Assembly: GCA_046046715.1 (NCBI GenBank)
Contig: JBJOJH010000206.1
Span: forward strand, 1-26,522
Source: Pseudomonadota bacterium
Lineage (GTDB): Bacteria; Pseudomonadota; Gammaproteobacteria; Burkholderiales; Burkholderiaceae_C
Length of the DNA stretch: 26,522 bases
Direction of reading: 5' to 3'
Program-made: the position numbers and the translations under genes
Shown: in pieces, positions 1 to 6,504 of the stretch
Layout: every line of letters starts with the position of its first letter
How positions within the stretch are numbered: position 1 is the first letter of the stretch
Notes under the pieces: model-generated
Databases searched by the model: none
Seen by the model: the letters and a program-made list of their open reading frames with translations, nothing else
Told to the model about the DNA's origin: nothing

Positions 1-25
1 GTGGAGTAAAACCGCCCCGCCTTTG

Positions 26-60
26 CATAAAAAAACGACCTTCGGGTCGTTTTTTTTATG
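26..60. terminator. Bidirectional intrinsic (Rho-independent) terminator
   Basis: CAT-A7-CGACC-[TTCG]-GGTCG-T8-ATG. GC stem closed by a cUUCGg tetraloop, with a T-tract on both strands. Lies 64 nt past the stop of the minus-strand MipA gene. Confidence 0.9.
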
Positions 61-124
61 ACCAGCTGGGGAGAACCATGGGAAAAATTGCCCATCTTGG
101 TCAGAAAGGCGCGTTCGGCGCAAC

Positions 125-925
125 TCAAAATGCGTAGCCAAGCGACAAGCTGCCAGAAACACTTTGTGGGCTCGTGACGATGGGGCTATTCCTTGCATCG
201 CCGACCAAACTGCTGGCCTTCAGCCCACCGGTGACAGAAATGTTTGGCGTGAGCTGGTAGCTCAGATTCACGCTTGTGCCCACATCGCGTATGCCGGCAG
301 CGGGTGTATACGCCGCGTGCCCACTCTGTTGTGACTGCGCTGCGCTCACGCCAAAGTACGACTGCATGTATTGCGAATTGGCCCAGGTGGTGGACACCCC
401 CCAATCCAGACGCCACTTGGGTGCGATGTCTAGGGTGTAATTCGCGCCGAAGTTGGCGGTCGCGCCCTCCCCTGCATCGCCAGACCCGTATCGCAGCACC
501 GAAGAGAGACGCAAATTGCGGACTGGCTCGTAATTCAAGAACGCGCCATATTCCACCTTGGAAGCGATGCTGCCCATGCCGGCAAGGGCACCCGTGGCGC
601 TTTCCTTTCGACCCAAGTCCAGGCCCAAGCCTAGGCCATATTGCAGGGCCCGATCCTTGGAAAAGTTGTAGCCCACGCCACGGTTAGTTCCTGCAAACCA
701 GCCATTGGCCCATTGGTATTCAAGCGCGGGCATGACGGAAGCCCTTGGTCTATCACTGTCTGAATTGTCTGCATTGGTGGAGACCGAGAGGCTCACTCTT
801 CCACCTTCTCTGGCGGGATCGGGTCCTGTGAAATCCCCCTCGTCTGAAGACTGAGCAGTAGCCAGCGATGCAAAGCTGAAGGCAATAAGAAAAAGTGAGG
901 TGTTCTTGGATGGGTAATGAGGCAT
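125..925 (-). CDS. MipA/OmpV family outer-membrane beta-barrel protein (266 aa)
   Basis: N-terminal signal peptide (LFLIAFSFASLATA|Q), alternating aromatic/Gly beta-strands, family-typical YMQSYFGVS segment, and a C-terminal Phe (LGYAF) as BAM signal. Confidence 0.85.
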   Translation of the reverse strand: MPHYPSKNTSLFLIAFSFASLATAQSSDEGDFTGPDPAREGGRVSLSVSTNADNSDSDRPRASVMPALEYQWANGWFAGTNRGVGYNFSKDRALQYGLGLGLDLGRKESATGALAGMGSIASKVEYGAFLNYEPVRNLRLSSVLRYGSGDAGEGATANFGANYTLDIAPKWRLDWGVSTTWANSQYMQSYFGVSAAQSQQSGHAAYTPAAGIRDVGTSVNLSYQLTPNISVTGGLKASSLVGDARNSPIVTSPQSVSGSLSLGYAF

Positions 926-997
926 GGTGGTGTCAAGGAGTGAATAGAAGAGGTCAAAAAAAGTGCGCCTATAGGGATGGCTCGTCTTGGGGGTTGT

Positions 998-2089
998 TCA
1001 CCCCATGGCCCTCTGGAGAAACCAGAAGGCGCCCAAAGCGATCGAGCCATAGGAGGCCAGGCGGGTAGCTTTGACGAGGCCCGCAAGCCCGCTCACTTGA
1101 CGTATGCCATGCATCACCAGTGCAGCAAATAAAGCCAGGGCAATCTGCCCCAGTTCAATGCCAGCATTGAAGCCTGCCAAGCTCAAGACCCGGCCTAGGC
1201 CATTTAGGCCCAAGTCGCTGAAGGCACCGGCGAGACCCAGCCCGTGAATCAAGGCGCAAGCGAAGACCAGGCTCAGTCGGATAGACAGCGGATGCTTTAA
1301 GCGGCGATGCGCCGACCAGCGGTCAAACACAGCCATGCCCACGATGGTCGCGGCAATGGCGGGTTCGACCAGGCTGGACGGCACCGTCAAGCCGTACCAC
1401 ACACAGGCCACCAGCGTCATGGCGTGACCCGCTGTGAAGCAAGTGAGAGCCAGCACCACCTGGCGCAGGTTCCATGCCGCAGCCAGCACCACCAGCAAAA
1501 ACAGCAGGTGATCCGCACCCGACAGCACATGGAACGCGCCGAGCCGGACTTGCTCAGAAAAGGTGACCCAGACCGAGGGCAACACAGCCCCCTGCGGGTG
1601 CTCCGGTGTCAGCGTGATGAGCTGAGATTGGGCACCCCGCGTGACCGAGATGTGCTCTGTTTGCTCCGCTGCGCGTATGCCAAACAAGCGCAATGAAAGC
1701 TTGAGTTCAGCGGCCTGCGCTGAAAGAGAAAAGCGTCCCAACACCACCAAGTGAGTAGATGGCGCAGAGGGGGTACTGTCAGGCGGTGCCGTGTTGAGCA
1801 TGACGCCTTCAAGTTCACTGTGCCCCTGGTCGCTTTCCAGTGCCACGCCCTGCTTGATTTGCGCCTCGATGCTTGCGCCATGAGCACGCAGTTCATTTGT
1901 TGATAGCAGGCCGTCGTGGTCGTCATCGAAGCCGGTCAAGGCCGATACTGGAAGCGACAGCACCATGTAGGCCCCATTGCCCACGATGTTTAGCGTTCCG
2001 TGCTGCGCCACCACCAGATGAGCATGGGCGGCTGACACCGCAGCCCATGCCAGCAGGCAGGCGAGCAGCCGCTGGCACAGGCGATTCAC
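998..2089 (-). CDS. HupE/UreJ-type (HupE_UreJ_2-like) membrane protein with N-terminal periplasmic domain (363 aa)
   Basis: Signal peptide ending AHA|H. Membrane domain with GAFHVLSGADHLLFL, CFTAGHAMTL and LIHGLGLAG motifs. The GTG start overlaps the YHYH stop (GTGA, 2086-2089). Confidence 0.82.
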   Translation of the reverse strand: MNRLCQRLLACLLAWAAVSAAHAHLVVAQHGTLNIVGNGAYMVLSLPVSALTGFDDDHDGLLSTNELRAHGASIEAQIKQGVALESDQGHSELEGVMLNTAPPDSTPSAPSTHLVVLGRFSLSAQAAELKLSLRLFGIRAAEQTEHISVTRGAQSQLITLTPEHPQGAVLPSVWVTFSEQVRLGAFHVLSGADHLLFLLVVLAAAWNLRQVVLALTCFTAGHAMTLVACVWYGLTVPSSLVEPAIAATIVGMAVFDRWSAHRRLKHPLSIRLSLVFACALIHGLGLAGAFSDLGLNGLGRVLSLAGFNAGIELGQIALALFAALVMHGIRQVSGLAGLVKATRLASYGSIALGAFWFLQRAMG

Positions 2090-3048
2090 AGACTGCCTTT
2101 CACGCAGCGCTGCAGGTGGGGGAAGGTATCAGTGGCGTAGTAGTGATAAATGCCATTGGGAAATTCGGGTGTGACGCCGGTCCGACCATTGCATTCGTCC
2201 AGATCGCCCAAGCCGGCCACGTATTCGTAGTCTTGCGTGAAGGTGCCCATCGCATAGGTCGTTGTGTCGGCTGGTCGATTGGCATCCGGCGTCGTCTTGG
2301 TGCGATAGCTGGACGCGACCACCTTCACCGCTGAGCTTGCGTCGGTTGCCACGGTGTAGCCATAGCGCGCGTAGATCGGAAAACCGTCAGCCGCCCAGCC
2401 AATCATGGTCATGGCCGGGTTTCCGTTGCTCAGCTTGGTGAGCAAGCCTTCTGGAATCCCGTGGTAGTGATACATGCCGTTGGGCTGCACGTGCGCGTTG
2501 TTGTCGTCCGTTCCCCACTTGAAGAATGTCTGGCCCATGGCCTCCAGATTCCAAGTGCCCAAAGACGGTCCCCCTTGTTGACAAATTCCCGTGTCACTGC
2601 AAGTACCCGCTGTTCCTGGGTCAAAGACGATGCCATTCAAAGCGATGCCAGGCTTGTCCATGGGGCCGACACGCGGCGTGACGACCGAAGTCGCGGTAGG
2701 TGTCAAGGTCACAGAGGCCGAGATGTTTTGTGCAGAGATGGTGTTGGGGTTGTCGGGGTTGGGGAATGTGCCCACGGCGTGATCTGGCAGGCCATTGGCC
2801 GTGATGGAGCGCAGTGTGCTGCTGCATGACCAGGTCGCCGTGGCGGTGGCATTGACCGACGCAGAACTATTGAACGCACTGGTGGCGTAGCCGCAGAGCA
2901 CGCCAGCCGTGCTGGTGCCCGTGGTGGTCGTCGTGGAATCACCGCCGCCGCCACATGCGGTCAACCCGAGCCCGGTCAGAATGGCTGCGGCGACCACTAA
3001 TAGGTGAGCATGGCGATGGCTAGACGAAAAGCTTTTAAACGTGTTCAT
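2086..3048 (-). CDS. YHYH-domain lipoprotein (320 aa)
   Basis: Lipobox LTAC followed by a Gly/Thr linker. Motifs DDNNAHVQPNGMYHYHG, IGWAADGFPIY, GDLDECNG and GIYHYY are typical of the YHYH family. Six further Cys residues. Confidence 0.88.
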   Translation of the reverse strand: MNTFKSFSSSHRHAHLLVVAAAILTGLGLTACGGGGDSTTTTTGTSTAGVLCGYATSAFNSSASVNATATATWSCSSTLRSITANGLPDHAVGTFPNPDNPNTISAQNISASVTLTPTATSVVTPRVGPMDKPGIALNGIVFDPGTAGTCSDTGICQQGGPSLGTWNLEAMGQTFFKWGTDDNNAHVQPNGMYHYHGIPEGLLTKLSNGNPAMTMIGWAADGFPIYARYGYTVATDASSAVKVVASSYRTKTTPDANRPADTTTYAMGTFTQDYEYVAGLGDLDECNGRTGVTPEFPNGIYHYYATDTFPHLQRCVKGSL

Positions 3049-3098
3049 GATGTTGTGATGTTGGTTGTGTTGTTTAAGGCCTGAGATGCATGCGTCTG

Positions 3099-3176
3099 CT
3101 ATTTGCTGGCATAGGCAAAGCGTTCCGTTTCGCTCACCATGCAGTCCTGGTTGGTGTCGGCCGGGGTTTTATCGCC
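3099..3176 (-). pseudogene. In-frame EF-hand-like coding remnant directly after the stop of the 99-aa protein
   Basis: Reading on past the TAA at 3179-3177 gives GDKTPADTNQDCMVSETERFAYASK-stop (TAG 3101-3099). DTNQDCMVSETE (3158-3123) fits the 12-residue EF-hand loop pattern except Cys for Gly at position 6 (TGC vs GGC). Confidence 0.45.
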
Positions 3177-3476
3177 TTACTGCTTGGGCGTTGTAGGACC
3201 GCCTGGAGGTGGGCCTTTGGGCTTGCAGGCCAGTGGCTTGCCTTCGGGGGCCCAGCATGTGCCAGTCACTGTGCCTTGCGGAGATGCAAAGCTGCATTCG
3301 GTGCCACTGCCAAGTGCCTTGCACGATGCCAGCGCCTCGGCGGGCGGTTTGGGGGGGCCGCCCTTGCCATCGGTGGTCTGAGCCGAAAGAGCGCAGCAGG
3401 CGGTCAAGGCGACGCAACAGAGGGTCAGGCTCATCACGCGGCCTAGGGGCATGGTCAAAATCTCACTGGCTTTCAT
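3177..3476 (-). CDS. Small exported Pro/Gly-rich protein with four conserved-looking Cys, unknown function (99 aa)
   Basis: Start placed at ATG 3476, which has GGAG 7 nt upstream (CCTGGAGTAAACCC-ATG). Hydrophobic signal region, then GGPPKPPAEALASC-x8-C-x12-C-x9-C-KPKGPPPGG. It is the 3' part of the 258-aa track ORF. Confidence 0.8.
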   Translation of the reverse strand: MKASEILTMPLGRVMSLTLCCVALTACCALSAQTTDGKGGPPKPPAEALASCKALGSGTECSFASPQGTVTGTCWAPEGKPLACKPKGPPPGGPTTPKQ

Positions 3477-3559
3477 GGGTTTACTCCAGGTGTGTCGGCA
3501 AGCACCTGCGTTGCCGTGCCTGTAGTGTGAAAAATCAATGTGGTGAAAATATGAGCAAG

Positions 3560-3584
3560 TCCTCACAATCTCTCCACAATTGCG
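3560..3584 (+). promoter_or_regulatory. Tandem direct repeat, candidate response-regulator (BaeR-like) binding site
   Basis: TCCTCACAA (3560) and TCTCCACAA (3571) repeat with 11-bp period in the divergent intergenic region. TCTCCACAATTG resembles the E. coli BaeR consensus as I recall it (TCTNCANAA); verify against the literature. Confidence 0.5.
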
Positions 3585-3613
3585 TGGCCCAATGACCCTA
3601 AAAGCCAGCAGAC

Positions 3614-5080
3614 ATGCGCCTTCGACTTGCCCACACCCAAGCCCTTCTTTTGCTGTCGGCCGTGTTGCTGACGGTGCTTTGTATGGGGACCTTGAATGCG
3701 TGGAATCTGCGCAATGGCTTCTCCGACTTTTTGGCCAGCCGCGACGTCGAGCGACTTGAGACATTCGCAGCCCTGGTGTCAGAACGGGCCGAAGTGGCGG
3801 GCGGTCTGGACGCCTTGGCTGCCCAAGGTGTGGATTTGCACTTGCTACTGCGAGAATTTGGCCGGGCGCAGGGGATTCTTCCGCGCGAGTTTTTGCCACC
3901 CCGCATCCCCGGCCCAGGACCCAGAGGCTTCTTCGCTCCGCCCCCACCGCCACCCCCGCACATCGACAGCATTGATGCCTTCAAGGACCGGGTCGCGCTC
4001 TATGCCCCCAATGGCCAAGCGCTCTTAGGCAAAACGCTCCCGCCCGACGTAGGCGCTCATGTGGAAAGGCCTGTGTATGTGCAGGGCAAAGCAGTCGCGG
4101 TGATGCACATGCAGAAGCTCAAACCGGTGCCGGATGATGTGGAGGTCCGGTTCCTGACCTCGCAGTACCAAAGCATCGTGGTGGTGTCTGCTGTACTGTT
4201 GTTGGGCGCATGGTTGATTGCCCGATGGCTGGCCAGCCACTGGGTACGCCCGCTGTTAGAAATACAGGGCGCCACCCAACAGATTGCGCAGGGGGCGTTC
4301 GACACGCGGCTGAGTACGCGCCGGGCGGATGAGATTGGGGACACCATGCGCAACATCAACCGCATGGCAGAGGGGCTACAAGCCCTGGAGACCTCACGTC
4401 GCCGGTGGATTGCTGATATATCGCACGAACTTCGCACCCCCCTGACCGTGCTGCGCGGTGAAATCGATGCGCTGATGGAAGGCATCACTGCGATGTCGCC
4501 ACAGGCCCTGCTATCGCTGCGCGAAGAGGTGCTACAACTCAATGCACTGGTCGACGACCTGCACCTGCTGGCCATGGCGGATTTGCGGGCCCTGCCCTGC
4601 TACTTTGAAGACATCGACGCGGTTGCGCTGCTTGAAGGTATCGTGCAGCGCTTTTCACTGCGGGCGAGCCAACAAGGCTTGACCCTACGATGGGAGGGCA
4701 AGCCCACGACGCCGTTGGCGGTGCGCTGGGATGCAAAACGCATCGAACAACTGCTGGGCAATGTGCTGGACAACAGCTTGCGCTACACCGACGCACCTGG
4801 GCAAGTGGTGGTGCAAATTCAAAGCGACAACACCCGCGCCATCATCAGTATTGAAGACACGGCTCCTGGCTTGCAGCTTGACGACCTGACACGCATTTTC
4901 GAGCCCCTGTACCGGGCAGACCGCTCAAGAAGACGGGATGCGGGTGGCAGTGGCCTCGGACTGGCCATCTGCCAACACATTGCCCTGGCCCACCACGGCC
5001 TCATTCGGGCAGCAGAGTCCCAAATGGGAGGAATTCAAATTCTCATCGAGCTGCCCTTGATGGGAGACGTTGCAGCATGA
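3614..5080 (+). CDS. Sensor histidine kinase, BaeS-like (488 aa)
   Basis: Two TM segments, HAMP (DEIGDTMRNINRMA), H-box DISHELRTPL, N-box GNVLDNSLRY, EDTAPG, and G2 box GSGLGLAI. Confidence 0.93.
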   Translation: MRLRLAHTQALLLLSAVLLTVLCMGTLNAWNLRNGFSDFLASRDVERLETFAALVSERAEVAGGLDALAAQGVDLHLLLREFGRAQGILPREFLPPRIPGPGPRGFFAPPPPPPPHIDSIDAFKDRVALYAPNGQALLGKTLPPDVGAHVERPVYVQGKAVAVMHMQKLKPVPDDVEVRFLTSQYQSIVVVSAVLLLGAWLIARWLASHWVRPLLEIQGATQQIAQGAFDTRLSTRRADEIGDTMRNINRMAEGLQALETSRRRWIADISHELRTPLTVLRGEIDALMEGITAMSPQALLSLREEVLQLNALVDDLHLLAMADLRALPCYFEDIDAVALLEGIVQRFSLRASQQGLTLRWEGKPTTPLAVRWDAKRIEQLLGNVLDNSLRYTDAPGQVVVQIQSDNTRAIISIEDTAPGLQLDDLTRIFEPLYRADRSRRRDAGGSGLGLAICQHIALAHHGLIRAAESQMGGIQILIELPLMGDVAA

Positions 5081-5763
5081 CCACAGAAGCACCCAGCCGT
5101 GTGCTGGTCGTGGAAGACGACCGAAAGATATCGGAGCTGCTGCTCAACTATTTGCGAGCACAAGGGTATGAAGCGACGGCTGTCCACGATGGCCGTGTCG
5201 CGGTACAACACATTTCACAAACGCAGCCCGATGCCATCATCCTGGACTGGATGCTGCCGGGTCTGGAGGGTATCGGAGTCTGCAAGGCAGTACGCGCGTT
5301 CAGCGATGTGCCAATCCTGATGTTGACGGCGCGCGTAGATGAGCTGGACCGTTTGCTTGGCCTGGATACTGGCGCCGATGATTACGTTTGCAAGCCTTTT
5401 GCACCGCGCGAGGTGGTGGCTCGGGTGCGCGCTCTGCTGCGCCGGGCTGGCGGCAAACCTAAGACGTCGCCCACACCTTGGGTGGTGGAAGACGCATCCT
5501 TCCGTATCAGTTGGCTGGGCCAGTGGCTGCCTTTGACCCGGATTGAATTCATGATGTTCAGAACCTTGCTGTCGCGCCCAGGGCGGGTCTACTCGCGCGA
5601 CCAGTTGCTGGCGAGCGTGCATGACAGCCAACGAGACATCAGCGACCGGGCGATCGACACCCATATCAAGAACCTGCGCAAGAAGATTCAGGCAGTAGAA
5701 CCCGCAAGTGACTGCATTGCCTCGGTCTATGGGATTGGGTACCGGTTTGATCTACCTGAGTGA
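5077..5763 (+). CDS. OmpR/PhoB-family response regulator, BaeR-like (228 aa)
   Basis: Receiver domain (VLVVEDD, ILDWMLP phospho-Asp, CKPF) plus winged helix (DRAIDTHIKNLRKK, VYGIGYRF). ATGA overlap with the kinase stop. Confidence 0.94.
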   Translation: MTTEAPSRVLVVEDDRKISELLLNYLRAQGYEATAVHDGRVAVQHISQTQPDAIILDWMLPGLEGIGVCKAVRAFSDVPILMLTARVDELDRLLGLDTGADDYVCKPFAPREVVARVRALLRRAGGKPKTSPTPWVVEDASFRISWLGQWLPLTRIEFMMFRTLLSRPGRVYSRDQLLASVHDSQRDISDRAIDTHIKNLRKKIQAVEPASDCIASVYGIGYRFDLPE

Positions 5764-5807
5764 TGGCTATGCTTTAGAGAAGATCTTTTTCATTTGCCTG
5801 AAAACGC

Positions 5808-5816
5808 TGGCATGCT
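5808..5816 (+). promoter_or_regulatory. Candidate extended -10 element (TGn-CATGCT) for the LysE gene, leaderless geometry
   Basis: TGG-CATGCT is followed by exactly 6 nt and then ATG 5823. No Shine-Dalgarno sequence. Confidence 0.4.
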
Positions 5817-5822
5817 CGGCAC

Positions 5823-6473
5823 ATGTCACTATTTTCTGATGCAGGCTCACCCCTGGTGGGCGTTTTTATGCAGGGCTTGGCCCTGAGTTTGGGGCTGATT
5901 GTGGCCATAGGCGCGCAGAACGCGTTTGTGCTGCGTCAGGGCCTGCGTCGCGAACATGTGCTGGGCGTCGTGCTCTTTTGTGCGGTGGCCGATGCCTTGC
6001 TGATTACAGCGGGTGTGATGGGCATGGCCCAGGCGCTAGGCGACCGTCCGGCATTGGCGCGTGCGCTGGCTCTGGCCGGGGCGGTTTTTTTGGCGGTCTA
6101 CGGATGGCAGGCGCTCCAACGTGCACGGAGCTCAGGCCAATTGACTGCGGCTGAGGGCGGTGAGGGCCTGAGCCTGACAGCAGCATTGGCCCAGGCGGCG
6201 GGCTTCACCCTGCTCAACCCGCACGTTTATCTGGACACGGTGCTGCTCGTGGGCAGCATCGGTGCGCAGCAGCCCTCTGCTTTGCAAGGCTGGTTTGTGG
6301 CTGGCGCAAGCACCGCCAGCCTGCTGTGGTTTGGACTGTTGGGCCTGGGCGCACGCTGGCTGGTGCCCTGGTTTCGCCGGCCCAGGGCATGGCAGGTGCT
6401 GGATGGCCTAATCGGCCTGACCATGTTTGTGCTGGCGACCCTGTTGTTGCGCCACGCGATGAACGGCCTTTGA
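5823..6473 (+). CDS. LysE/ArgO family amino-acid exporter (216 aa)
   Basis: LIVAIGAQNAFVLRQG, TLLNPHVYLDT, ASLLWF and PRAWQVLDGLIG motifs; highly hydrophobic. Confidence 0.92.
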   Translation: MSLFSDAGSPLVGVFMQGLALSLGLIVAIGAQNAFVLRQGLRREHVLGVVLFCAVADALLITAGVMGMAQALGDRPALARALALAGAVFLAVYGWQALQRARSSGQLTAAEGGEGLSLTAALAQAAGFTLLNPHVYLDTVLLVGSIGAQQPSALQGWFVAGASTASLLWFGLLGLGARWLVPWFRRPRAWQVLDGLIGLTMFVLATLLLRHAMNGL

Positions 6474-6504
6474 GGTTTGACAAATGGCCCACGCGGAAGT
6501 TGAT

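Noticed and set aside
3-10. GGAGTAAA also present upstream of the 99-aa gene on the minus strand
   Set aside because: An 8-mer coincidence; the copy at the window start may simply be the end of an upstream gene (GTG GAG TAA), which cannot be verified here.
105-116. 12-nt match AAAGGCGCGTTC shared with 16874-16885
   Set aside because: Several 12-mer matches are expected by chance in 26 kb, and it does not bound a coherent element as att sites or target duplications would.
940-997. T7 tract (956-962, minus strand) between the HupE and MipA genes as a terminator
   Set aside because: No adequate GC stem precedes it, so it is not called a terminator; mentioned only as a possible pause site.
3477-3953. 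159-codon N-terminal extension of the track ORF 3177..3953 (258 aa)
   Set aside because: It overlaps the kinase gene in antisense and crosses the promoter region, has no protein-like features, and the ATG at 3476 has a proper SD.
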